Assembly (NCBI RefSeq): GCF_036321535.1
Contig: NC_087450.1
Coordinates: 55,428,001 to 55,492,000, forward strand
Direction: 5' to 3'
DNA from: Camelus dromedarius
Taxonomy: Eukaryota
DNA length: 64,000 bases
Part shown: in pieces, positions 25,369-37,900 of the stretch
Position numbering within the stretch: position 1 is the stretch's first letter
Layout of the letters: every line of letters starts with the position of its first letter
The notes under the pieces: model-generated
Databases searched by the model: none
What the model was told of the DNA's origin: nothing
Seen by the model: the letters and a program-made list of their open reading frames with translations, nothing else
Program-made: the position numbers and the translations under genes

Positions 25369-25778
25369 TTTTGGTTAGCAGCCTCTGGAGTTTCCCAGGT
25401 GAAATCTGAAAATGGCTTTCATACACAGAGGGCAAGGCGAGACTGAAGAAAGAAGCAGATCACTCTAGATTGGTAGGCGGCAGTGTTACAAGGGGGTTTG
25501 TCTTGGGCAGCCACAAGGTGAGCAGATCTCCACGTCCGCCTGACAGGGTCTTACAAGTTTATGGAGGCGCTTTAACAGAAGGCAGTCACATATTCAGTCT
25601 AGGGGGTCTCAACAGCGCCTTACTCTCTAAAGGCTGCACCCTAGAGATGGCTCTGGCTATGAGGACAGTAGGCAGAATGTACATTCCGAGGACCGGGGGG
25701 CCATAAGGAGCCTCTGACTGACCAGGCCCAGCTCAAAGTCAGCGGACAGTCGTGTCCACTAGAGGAGCACCTCCAACA
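25369..25778 (-). mobile_element. ERV1-type 5' LTR (same family as 6422-6857)
   Basis: The reverse complement shares blocks with 6422-6857 (GTACATTCTGC, GAGAGTAAG, GACTGAATA, GCCTACCAATCTAG versus CTCCTACCAATCTAG, AGATTTCACC). Confidence 0.75.
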
Positions 25779-25859
25779 CTTCCACAGTCCTGCTACTCAG
25801 AAATAGAGCCAAAATGGAAATGTTTTTATTCCTTGGTGAATGTTCATTCAGATATTTCT

Positions 25860-27720
25860 CTATTAGACAGACATATGAATAGATATATAAATGGAATGAT
25901 AAACTGATACAGATGACTTTACACAGTGAGATTTTTTTTTATTACATGACACCATTTTTGTTTTTAGATTGTTTAATTTCATGGAATAAAATGAACCAGA
26001 AGTAAAATTATAGGATAAGTAGCCTTTCCTTAAATATTTCATCGTGAAAGATTTAAATACCACAACAGATTTCTAAATTAATAACAAAAACAACAAAAAA
26101 TAAGAAGACAAAGATAGGATAAGACTTTGGAAATTTTTTCCCATAGGATCCCACTTTATATAGTGTCTATTCAAATCTTTATTTGAGAAAAGACATACAA
26201 TTTTTACCCCTATTTTTCATCTGGATTGATAGTTTTGATTATCTTATCAAGCCTATGTTGCCAGTGCTTTAAAAAGTCATTCTCAAAATTTACACATTGT
26301 AACTGACTGTACTTCAATAAAAAAATTAAAAATTAAAAAGCAATTCTCCCTTTAATTATAATTTACACAAATTTTGTTCTGTTTTATTTCCATATTTATG
26401 GAGTTAGTTTTCAGCATTATTCATTTTACTAAATCTTCACATTCTTTTGTCCTTTATTTTAAAATCTGTCTGGCTTGACTAGCTTTCTTCATTCCGTAAG
26501 ATTTTAAAGTAAAACTCATGAGTATTTTATCCCATTCCATTTGCAAGAACACATGACCGGCTTCACAATTCTAGGGTCACATTTCTTTCTGTCAGAATTT
26601 TATAGTCATTGCCTCATTGCATTTTTGCATTGAGCATTGATGTGGAGAATTTTCCACTCCAGAAGCATCCATTGTTATCAATTTTGGCAGTTTCTTCTAA
26701 GAATATACTAAACTTCCAACTCTTCTTACTGAGTATTTTACTTTAGCAATTGTGGTTCCTAATTTTCAAGTACTCTTGTTTTACGTTGTACAGCTTCTTC
26801 TCCCTTTGAGCTGTATACCTGCCATAGATTTTTCCTCTATGAACATAACTTCCAAAATGATATGCACTTTTCTTCTGCTCCTTATGTTCCACCTTTTATT
26901 ACAAATTTGTTAATAGTAAGTAAGGTTATTGTCAGATCTTGTCTCCTCATATTTAGGAGAGGGGAACTGCAACACTTATTGGAGATGATCTGTGTGGGAG
27001 GTTACATGACTGCTGGCAGACTTTATTTGGAGAAGTTACCAGGTGGCTTTACAATTGTGTAATCATAAATGCTAGCATTTTGCATTGCCAGCTTTAGCAT
27101 GGGGGTATAACATTGACCACCAGCATGTGGAAGTTATGAGCATATATTACAACTAATGTCAGTACAGGGTACACCCTTTTGTTTTGCAGTCTAGCAACTT
27201 CTGGGCTCTGAGAATTGTGTCCCCAAGCCTGTCACTTCCCTTATTATTAAATTCCTGCAGAAAAAAAGTATCTAATCCTATGCATGGGTATGCAAAGAAC
27301 AGGCCAGGACTTTTGCAGATGTAGGGTGGGAAATGGAACGTCTTTCTGCTCCTTAGGTGCACTTTGACCCCAACCACCACCAACTACAGCAGTGCTGGTG
27401 CCCCGTTCCTAAGCTTTGTTGGTTCTGCAGCGCATACTAGCTTGTTTCTTGCTAGTGTGTGCAGACGTTTGAGATTGATTGTCCTCTGATCAGCTGAATT
27501 AATTAGTATTTCCTCGTCGGTGTTCTCTACTCATAAATTAGACACTGAGGCTTCAGCTATCGCTGCTTTGCCTTCTTCTTCTTGTTTTCTGCAGGTTCTG
27601 AGGGTAGAAAAGAATTCCAAAGTTCTTTGCCATCTTAAAGTCAGAAATTCTTGTTTGTTCTACTACTGTCCTTAGAAACATCAAGTTTATGGTATACATT
27701 TCCTTTCTTGATTTGTCATC
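25860..27720 (-). mobile_element. Very old L1 (L1ME-like) ORF1/5' fragments
   Basis: Degenerate antisense L1 motifs (CACAATTCTAGGGTCACATTTCTTTCTGTCAGAATTTT; AGCTTTGTTGGTTCTGCAGCG). Low certainty. Confidence 0.4.
26285..26334 (+). mobile_element. 50-bp L1 3'-terminal stub with TSD
   Basis: ACATTGTAACTGACTGTACTTCAATAAAAAAA flanked by AAAAAGTCATTCTC (26271-26284) and AAAAAGCAATTCTC (26335-26348). Confidence 0.7.
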
Positions 27721-27736
27721 TCTTCCGTTTGCAATT

Positions 27737-28217
27737 TGTGGTAGGCAGAGTTCTACAATGATTTCCCAGATTCCCACCCCGTGGTATATATGCCCTCAGT
27801 AATGCCCTCTCCTCAAGGTGGGCAGGTCCTATGAAGATGATATAGTCATTTCCATGTTTATATTAAATTATATGACTCTTCAGTGCAGGTTGAGAGAGAT
27901 TCTTTTGCTGGGTTTGAGTAGGTAAAGAACCAGGCTGTGAGTGGGCAGTGCTAAGAACTAAAAGTACCTCTGGCCAGTAGCCAGCGAGGAGGCAGGGACC
28001 TCTGTCTTACAATGTAAGGAACTAAATTCTGCCAACAACTGTAGGAGAACCACAGCCCCACCTGAACCTTGACTGCAGCCTGGTGAGATCCTGAGCCAAG
28101 GATCCCTTAACCCATGCCACTGTGTCTTGACCCACAGACACAGTGATTTTTTTTTGTATGTTCTCCTAATCCACTACTTTTGTGGTAATTATTATGCAGT
28201 AATGGAAAATGAATACT
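27737..28217 (+). mobile_element. MaLR solo LTR (MLT1E/F-like)
   Basis: TGTGGTAGGCAGAGTTCTA start; AAGGAACTAAATTCTGCCAACAA; CCTTGACTGCAGCCTGGTGAGATCCTGAGC; TTTTGTGGTAATTATTATGCAG end block. Confidence 0.8.
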
Positions 28218-29014
28218 TACGTTTGTGCATTTTATTTTCACCTTAACCTGGTACTGCACCTCATGTCAGGACTGTTTCCAACTGTAGGTATTGTATTCTT
28301 TGTAGGTGGCTCATATGACTTTCATTTTGGTGATGGTTATAATAATCTATTTTTGCTGTCATCTTTTCAAACTTACTATTTATTCAATTGCCTTATAATT
28401 TCTTCTTTTAAACCTTGTAACTCTTTTTCTTCCAGTTTACTGGTATATAATCTTTCATTTCCTTGCAACCATGAAGCTGTATATGCATGAATTTTTCCTT
28501 TGTTTCTAAGATTACTTCCTTTTGGAATGCGTGTTTTTCATTAACGTATAATGTTTCTTTTCTCCTCATCACAACCACCAATCACTCCTCTCCCTGCCTA
28601 CTGTTTTCCCCACCCCTACTAATTCAGAATACTAATTTCTTTCTGACTTTTGCCTATCTTTAACGAAGTCAAGTGTTTAATTAAAAATAGCATCTGTAGT
28701 GTTAGGCACATGAGTTGGGGAAGTCTAGAGCTTTAATTCAGGTTTTGGTAGTTTTTGTGGGTTTTTTGTTCGTAAGACGGTTTTCGTCACAACAAAACAA
28801 TCTGTTTTTCTCTTCCATGAATGTGCATCTCATCTAAATTTTTGCTTTCAATTTATTAATATATCCTACTTCCAAACAAAAAGATTTGTTGCTGTTGGAA
28901 AAAACTACCTTAAATTTTCCTATTTTTTATTCATTAGACACTGTTATTTCCTCCATCTGGAGGCCTCAAGTAGTTGATGGGTACGTTAACAGTACATATA
29001 AGCAACATGTTGTC

Positions 29015-29113
29015 TGTATAACTGAAAAATTGTGCTCTACACTGGAATTTGACACAACATTGTAAAATGACTATAACTCAATAAAAAAAGTTTAAAAACA
29101 ACAACAACAACAA
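29015..29113 (+). mobile_element. About 100-bp camelid-type L1 3' stub; tail converted to (AAC)n
   Basis: AACTGAAAAATTGTGCTCTACACTGGAATTTGACACAACATTGTAAAATGA is the reverse complement of the 5920-5975 block. TSD CAACATGTTGTC (29003-29014) / CAACATGCTGTC (29114-29125). Confidence 0.85.
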
Positions 29114-31269
29114 CAACATGCTGTCATGGGTTTTAGGGATTTTGTTTTTGTTTCTAAGTCTGTCTTTAATTATCTTATATAAGGAGGTAAACTTTTGATG
29201 CATTTAAGGATTCCATCCAAAAAAATATTCAAAGGACAAAATTCTCTCATATCCTGAGGCACACTGACTCAACATTTTTAGCTGATCTCTGAAGAAAGGA
29301 ATCCATGATAAAATACTTATTATTTTTACCCAGAGCAGCATAATTTAAATTCCAGCTATATTGGCTTGTAAAACAAATTTGTATAACTACAATGGGAAAT
29401 GATCTTCCCAGTGGTACTGCTAAACTAATAAAGTAATTATTTCTGGGATGAGTAGTTATAGTTCAAGGAATGTAAACTCAATTCACATGTGTAAAACCAC
29501 AGAGGCAAGAAGAGTGTAGATAAGATCAGAAGAATAAGAGGAGCCTGGGAGTTCCCACACTATCCTACAGATAGACATTATCTGCTCACTTTCCCAGGAG
29601 CTCACAAGGGAAATGCCTTTTTCCAATTCATTGTGGTTAAATATTTTTAAATGCCTTAAGCAAAAAATGCTGTGTTCTTTTAAAAGGCAGTAAAAACAAA
29701 ATTCTGGCACAAAGATGGAGTAGATTAAAATAATTTATAGATGTATTTACGTAAGATCTAATTAGGCAATATTTTATGTTGCATTAGCTAAACTACAATT
29801 GCTTCCATACTTAGTCAAGCCCCAAGGTTTAATCCATTTAACAACTTTCAACGAATATTTATTGAAGGACCCTTGTGTTTCAGAGATATTGTTAGTTGTT
29901 AGGGATACGAAATAAATAAATGTCAATTCCTGTGTTACAAGTATATAGTCTTTAAGGCTCAAGATAATAGGGTCACATTAGTATTTTAGATCTATTTATT
30001 TACTCATTATTTTATTCAATAATTATTTGGTACCTACTAAATGCAAATTACTGTCTCTGTTTTGATACATGCACAATTTCTATGGCTATATATGTATTTC
30101 ATATATCTATTTTAAAATAAACCTATATTTGTTTCTTAATATTATACAAGGATTATTTGCAATATTTATTTTTAAATTCTTAACATTTAAAACTTTTAAA
30201 TTAATAAAATTTAATATTCTATGTATAATATTGACTAATCCTTTGTGGTGTTAGGTCAAACATAAATGATCTAACCTTAAAAAAAATTTTTGGCTTCTAG
30301 TTTGCATGGTTTTATTGAACTTATTCTAAAATAATGGGAAAAAATGTGATATTGTAAGAACAACGTTAAAAGCCAAATTCAGAGCTCAAGGCCCATTTTT
30401 GGGTTATATTACAGTAGCAATAAAATAATACTCATGTTTAACTAAAAAGATTTCAATTTTATAAGTAATACCTAGTTTGTGACATGTAATTATAAAAAAA
30501 TCTATCATTCATATTTTAGCAATTTGCTGTGTGTAGATAACAAAATACATATGACATGAATCTAGTAAACATGCCATCTTTATAAATTGTTATTTATGTT
30601 CTATTTGCTTCCTAGCTATTTCTATTTAGTTTCTCATTCTACTAAAATAACTTTTAGCTTTATTTTTCTGCAGTTTACATATTTTAAATGAAGACTTTGC
30701 TTGTAAAAGTGTGAAAGAAAAGATTTTTTTAAGGCACCCTACACAAGTATTTTTCAATACTTTTTTTAAGCTTGCAAGAAATAAAGGGAATCTCCAAGGA
30801 CAAAAAATAATTATGAGTTGAAACTGGAGTGAGGATTAAGCATATATGAAATCAGGTGGTTGGATTGAAAACAAATGCCTATTATTAGCACTATAATCTG
30901 GAAACTAAGCCTTTAGATAGCTATGAATTAAAGTAGCTGTAGCTGAAAATCCCAGATTAATTCAGGGACACTGGAAAAGTATAAAATGTCTTAATTGGTA
31001 TAACCACCATTTACCAGTTAAAGCCAATTTAGGCTCCAATATTTTTGATATATTAAGTAAAGAAAAAAAAAGTAAAATCTTAAATGTAAATTTATATTGA
31101 ATAATATTTAAATAGGAAGGCCATTTTTACCTTGAGAAAGAGAAATAAAAACAAATCCAAACAAACAAAATCAAAAACAAATGCCCAATAGATTTGGATA
31201 AGCAACGGACGTTAGAGTTTAGAATAATCAGAAGTTGATTAAATAAGTATTCAAATATTTAGAGAAATA

Positions 31270-31702
31270 AAATGTGAGGCTAAACTGAGAATGCTAGAAA
31301 GCTATTAAAAATTTAAAAATTGATTTTTAAAAATAGCCACATACAAATTTAGAAATCAAATATATTTTGATAATATCTAAATAGTGTAACAGGAAATTAA
31401 TAAAAACAAAGGAAACAAAGTATGGTTCTTTGAAAAGATCAGTGCAAGTGATAAATCTCCAGCAAGGCTAACCAAGAAAAAAAAAGACACAAATGACCAA
31501 TATCAGAAATGAAAGACTGAACATTACTACCTGTTCCATGGGTTATAAAGGCAATAAATGAACCATAACCATAAAGGATAATAAAAGTTAATAAAGGAAT
31601 AGTATGAATAAAACTATGCTCATAAACATTACAGTATAGATGAAGTGGATCAATTATTTCAGAGACACAAGCTACCAAAACTAATATAAAGAGAAATAGA
31701 TC

Positions 31703-31746
<44 letters not shown>

Positions 31747-31822
31747 ATATATATATTTGGATTAACAATTAAGAACCTTCTGAAAAAGAAAGCCTGAGAA
31801 TCAGGTGGCTTTACCAGGGAAC
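31270..31822 (+). mobile_element. Old L1 ORF2 internal fragment (region between EN and RT)
   Basis: TGGTTCTTTGAAAAGATC ... GCAAGGCTAACCAAGAAAAAA ... CAATATCAGAAATGAAAG ... GGTGGCTTTACCAGGGAA corresponds to the WFFEKI...RL.KKK...NIRNE...GF.GE motifs of ORF2p. Confidence 0.8.
31706..31752. repeat. (TA)n microsatellite
   Basis: Long TA run with one short interruption. Confidence 0.95.
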
Positions 31823-32019
31823 TGCTGTGGTGTGAATGTTTGTGTCCCTGAAAAATCCATTTGTTGACACCAAACTCCAAGGAAACAGAATAGTTTTAAT
31901 AGGAAAGGCTATTTTTAAAGTGACTAAATAATTGCCCTGAAGACAACGGTTTAAAACAGAAAGACTTTCTTTTTATTGAACTGGAAGATTTAAGAATATT
32001 TGGCCTCCAGTGTAAAAAG

Positions 32020-32260
32020 GAATAGTGGCTAACACTTACATGGCACTTACTATAAACCAGAAATGACTCTAAATATTTTGCCTATACCGTAACTTATGCA
32101 TCCCCACGATTACCATGAGGTAGATGACTATAACTATGCTTGTTTTGTGAGTGAAGAAACTGAGGCAAAGGGAAATTTCCCAATTCAGACCATTAGGAAA
32201 TGACAGAGCTTGGATGCAAGCTTGAGCAGGTGGCTTGTAAAACCCAAATTCTCAACTACC
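32020..32260 (-). mobile_element. MIR SINE
   Basis: GCTAACACTTACATGGCACTTACTAT ... CATGAGGTAGATG ... GAAGAAACTGAGGCAAAG. Confidence 0.75.
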
Positions 32261-34789
32261 ATAGAGAGGATTAGGGCCGTACAGGAAGACAAAGCCAGTT
32301 AGAGAAAACCAAGTTGTATGATAAGTATAAATTCTCTTTCATGTATTTGATAGCTGCTAAGCATTCATTAACTTACACTTAAAATGACTTTCCTGTCATT
32401 TTTCTGACATTTGGTGAGAAACGGGCAAATCTAGCATATGTTCAGTCTATCACAGAAAAAGAAGACATTAGGACAATTAAACCCATAGAAAGCAGAGAAT
32501 GTCTTTTTGTTGCCTTCACACAAATGAGTGACAACTTGGCAAGGTGCAAAATTCTTGAACACAAAGATTTTCTCTAAAATCTCTATCTATGTTACTAAAA
32601 TCTGGCATCTGATTTCCTGAGCAATGTTTTATCCTTTATAGATAGTCTTCCTACATTGTTTGCAGTTTCTTTTTTCTTGATATGAAGATATCCTTTGTGT
32701 TTTTTGTAGTGTAAGGGTCTCTCCATTAAAAAAAGAATCTATGAAATACTGTTTTCTGCTTAAAATGTCAACAACTAAGAGGGATATATTAAAGTTTCCA
32801 AAATTAGCTAGGTTTTTGCCATTTCTCCTTATCTTATCCTAGATTATTAGTAAATAAAACTCATCAGTATTGACCAAATATTGATTGTGTGTTAGAGACA
32901 CTGTCAATATAGTAGCAACTGACCCACTTCATGCTATTGTATATTTTTTATGATTTAAATATTGTCACTCAAACTTACTGCTTTTTACCTGTTATATCGC
33001 TATTCTAGTGTTTTCATTTAATTTATAACTATTTTCTTTTAGCTGTGTCTACTGAAATCAGCATAGAGTTTCAGTTTAAAACAGCCATTTTGACTGGCTT
33101 TATCAAATGTTCTCAGGCTATCTTGTCAGTGTAGTAGGAGCAGGGTAACAGAAAGCCAGTATTTCAGGAAACAATCAATAACCGGTTAGATTTAGTTATA
33201 TCAGATTACTGATTGCTTTTTACTTAGGCTATGAATGTGACTTTGCTGATGTTGAGTTTGGCTATTTGTAGATATTTCCTTAAATAGAAAAAAAAAATAA
33301 GTGCATAGTTAGCTTGTATAAATCCTTCCTGAACGATGATACAAACCAAAGCATAACAGGACTGGAGCAAGCAAAAATTAAGCATGTAGAAATCAGCAAG
33401 ATCATCCTGGCACAGACTGTGTTAGTGCCAGCCGTGCATTTCCACTAGGGATGCTGAGGTACCTTGGGAAGCGAAACTGGGACAAGCCAAATGTTTCTAT
33501 TCTCTGTAGCCAAGCAGTTTAAGCTGCATTTCTAGGTACTTAGTTAAGCCAATCACGATAATGTAAATCTAACCTAGCGATGGGCAATCTTTGTCTGGCC
33601 TCATCCATGTTTTGACCCAAGTGTTCCCTTTACACCAGTGTTCAACCAAGAAAATTGTCCTATTTGTCTGGACATGGATAAAAAAATAAATAAGTAAAAG
33701 AGCTAGCATCATTTCCTTACCTCTCTACCTCCTTCTTGCTCGCAATTGTAACGTCACTTAGATTCCCTTGTAATTCAGCAATTATTTTTCGCGAGTGAAG
33801 TAACTAACCATGTATATGTGTCAGATGACTTCTTCAAGACAATCCCTTTTCAGCGCTGGATCCCCTAGTAGGTGTCTGTTTGGGAGGCAGACTTGAGTTA
33901 AATTGTGGGCTGCTTTAAAAAAGAAGTGTGGCAAGGAACACATCAGTGTGGGATTTACGGTCACCAGTGTTAAAGAAAATTATCCTGGCAAGTTAAAGCA
34001 ATAAGAAACTTTATTCAGAACTGTTACAATAAAATTATACTCTTAACATAACAGGAAGGGAGGTGTTGTGCTAAGAAGTTTGTCTTCTCCATAAAATAGC
34101 TGAGAAATTTTAGGATCATCACAGTTCAGTTACTTGTCCAAGATTATGCTGAATTATGAGACCGAAGTGGGAATATAATTTGTATGAAAGAGCTCTGACT
34201 GAAACATTTGTCACTCCATTAACTCTTGGTTCAATTCCCCTAATCTGGTTGTTGAGGAGGTTTCTCCCTTAATGTAAAACTATTTAAAAGTGCAGTCAGC
34301 TCTTAAAAGCAGGAAACCTTCCTTTGATCAAGAAAATTTCCTTCTAAGCCTTATAATGTATTTATTACATTGTGCCATATTTTTCTCACTTCCTCATTTA
34401 CCACATTCAGTACATTGTAGCCCCTCACTGAATGGCATTGAATTACCTTATGACCAAATAGTTTGGTTACTTGGATAACTCAGTTCCCTAATACAGTTAT
34501 GGCTGCTGCTTTCAAGTTAATTAAATTGTAATTAGTAGTTAATACATTTCAAGCAAAGGCTTATTGACCATTTTTTGGGTGTTCTATACAAAATTTTGAT
34601 TTTTAGACTTACTACATCTACATGTCTATGTTAGCACCATGTATAACTGTCCATATGACTGTATATACTCACATATAAATGGTCAAAGACATAGCAAACA
34701 CATGTAAACAAATAAAAAATTCAGCATTGCAGTAATTAATTGTATCAGATACAGTAGCACCGTGCCACGTGCCATCTTCTGTGTGTGAT

Positions 34790-34965
34790 GCATTTAAATA
34801 TTGACCCCACTGAGACATTTCAGTCTTACTGGGTGAGTGCTATTTTTCTGGTTTACATGTGTGAAATTCAGAAAGGTTTACTAACCTGGCTGATGTTACA
34901 CAGCCAAAATATGCTGCTGGAGAGATTTGAACTCAGTCTTAACCTGACTTTGCAACTCATTTCAC
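34790..34965 (-). mobile_element. MIR SINE
   Basis: GGTTTACTAACCTGGCTGATGTTACACAGC ... GATTTGAACTCAGTCT. Confidence 0.55.
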
Positions 34966-37900
34966 AGCCCTCCAAGGGCAGTGACTCTGTTATTACATCT
35001 CAGTAAAATAAGTATAGAGGACTAATAGGTACAAAGAAGAAGAATAAATGCAGTGTGTGACCTGACTCACTTACGTCTGTGGTAGCTTCCTCTCTCTCTT
35101 ATTTTATGCTAGAGCTGAAGCAAATTACCTCTACTTTGTGAGAGTCACTTTTTCAACAACTGTTAGAATTTTATTTTTGTACCTCCCTATGTTCCAGTGC
35201 AATAAATTAGATTAGAAAGATGAGTCCATTTGTAGAAAGGCATATAGATGCTGCTTCTGACATTATCTCCCCAGGACAAATGTCGCCACGTTTCCTTACA
35301 CTATCGGAACAAACACACACACAGAAAGAATGTGCATGATCTTGAATATCAGTCTCGGTGATTAAATCTTCGACATGAATGAGCGGCGAAACATTACAAA
35401 AGCAGGGACACTGAAAAACGGCCAGAGGATGCCTCGGATGGTGGAGAACTTAAGAAGCCCACATGTAGGAAGAATTATAGGAAAAAAAAAAAAAAAAAAA
35501 GGGATATCTGGGTGTATTGTTGACTCAGGGGAGGCATTAGATACACTTCCAAATCTCTGAATGGTTGTCATGTGCATATGAAAATACCATGCGCTGTGTC
35601 ATCCCATAAATCTCACGTGGGAGATAATACAGGGAGCAAGTGTTGTTACAATAGTGTAAAGAATGTTGCGCTACCTCTGCTGTCGAGACGGTCAGATGGA
35701 AGCTGGATAACCAAATCAAGTGTCCAAGATTCTTCACTTTTAAAGGGCTGAATTCATAAGTACTTTTAGCTCCTTTCTAACTCTGGTATTCTGTGATTTT
35801 AAAGGCTGGAGACTTTTCCATTTTCATTTCTCTCCATATTCATCGACAAGTTGTAAGATAAGGATTTATAGTATGGGAGTCAGATAGATTTTATACCTTA
35901 TTAATTTAAATCCTGAGATTCTCCTAAACTTCCAACACATGAAAAACACACTGACCCTAAACCATCAGAAATTACCTCTAGTATCCTGGGCATGAATGGG
36001 ACAGACATGCATATTAACTGTGCTGGCAAATGTTAAGATGAAGGTGTCTGGAGAAAATAGAAACACATTTTGACCTGTAGTCTGAGCTTTAAACTGGTTG
36101 GAAGCTAATGGTGAGTAAAGCAACTTCGGGGCACTCCAGCTAGCGTGGAGATAATTCTCTTGGAGCTTTTCCTTCTGGTTTTACCTTTCGCAAGCATTTC
36201 ACAGCCTGTTCCAATCTTTCCTTTCATCAGAATGCTTTTATTGCCCCTCACTGTTCAGGTACTTATAACTTGGATTTTTAGAAAGTGTTCTGATTTTCCA
36301 CCGCTTGGCTCTCATTTATCTCCAGGGACACAACTTGCATTCTCTTTTGAAATCTTCTTGTTTTTCTGGCTACTTTAGATAAAGATCTCACCTTATAAAG
36401 TTCCAGCTACTGGGACACCAGTCTGGTGGTGGGGAGGGGGGCTTCCTTTTGCAGGGTACTTTTCAGGTCCACCTTAGACCCCTGTGTGATAAGGAAAAGG
36501 TAACAGATGTCAATTTAAGGATGGATGAGATAACGGTCACAAAAATTTGAAGTATACTTGGCACTAGTGGAAAGTCATACTTCCACTGTCTACTGTCTAT
36601 CTTCTCTAATAGATCTTAAGTTCCCTGGAAACAGGACTTTTTTATTCTTTACTCATAGAAATTTGGTTTGAATTTACCCAGGAGAATTTCAGAGTTCTGA
36701 CAGTTATCCCTCCCCAAGAGACAAGAACCTTTGTTGTGCTTTAAAGGCAAAAATGAAATGATGAGTATTTATTGGGTTTATATTAGGAAGGGGTGACTTT
36801 TTGGAAGACAGTTACAAAGGGCAGAGAAAACCTTAATTTATGTACTTACATTTTCTAAGCTGGCATATGGAACACAAACAGTTTTGTCTGTCTACCTATG
36901 TCTGTCTGTCATCATCCATCTCCCCTTTCACTAATGGAGTGGTAAGAAGTGGAGAACCAGGATGGGTCATGAGAGAACAGGAAAAAGGGGGCAGAGCAGA
37001 TTCTTATACCCACTACCAGATCTGATTTGGTGCTAAAATGATTCAAGGAGTCTTCAAACTTTTTATGCTGCTTAGTTCAAATTACCAAAGTTGGAGCCTA
37101 GGAGAGGAGTTGGAATGAATAGAAGGAGAATTTCAATGTGGACGTTAACATGCATCTGGGGTTAGTACCAGAGTGAGAATCAGAAACCTAGAAGCTTTGC
37201 CCAAATTGCTGGGTAATCATGATCTAACCTGTCATTGGAAAATAAATGCTCTTTCCCATGGGATTTATGATGAAGAGGGATTGCAGAAACAGGGGACAAC
37301 AGATTTCAAGTTCACAGGTTGATATCATGGTGGCTCTGGGTGAACAGCATCTTGGCAGCAAAAGTGCAGATGATAACTGGGATTATGAAATGTAGACATA
37401 TGCCTTTCTAGGCTATACGGGCAAACCTGAGCCAGCAACAGAGTGTCAGCCCTACTGAAAGAAAATACATCCCAAGAATGCAGTGACTATGCACCAAGAG
37501 AGAAGTCCAACCAATCTGGCCAAAAGGGCAATGCACAGTAGAGGCAAGGTGGGCACATTTCCAGTCTTATGGAAACAGCATTAATTTTGAATCCCGCCAT
37601 CATGGGATACACTTCTCATATACTGCTTGCCTTAGTCGTGAATGATTCAAGAGCTGAGAGTTGCTGAACTCAAAGATGCAGATTACAGTGGAGACAGCTG
37701 GAAAAAGCAGGATCTGGCAGTGTAATTACAGGACCAAAGTGAAAGCCTGACATTTACTTTGTAGATATAGACTAATAGTTTTAGAAGCTACAAAACTTGC
37801 TTAATTTAAGAAATTAGTGTTTTTAGCAAGAAGTAAGAGACCATGTATAGACCCAGAACTAGAACCACAAAAAATTAAGTATTTTCAAATGAAAACTGAA

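Noticed and set aside
34833-34838. Strong donor GG|GTGAGT
   Set aside because: Falls within a MIR-derived segment with no coding upstream exon.
35330-35425. Possible C/D-box snoRNA (ATGA...CTGA)
   Set aside because: No canonical RTGATGA C box and no terminal stem.
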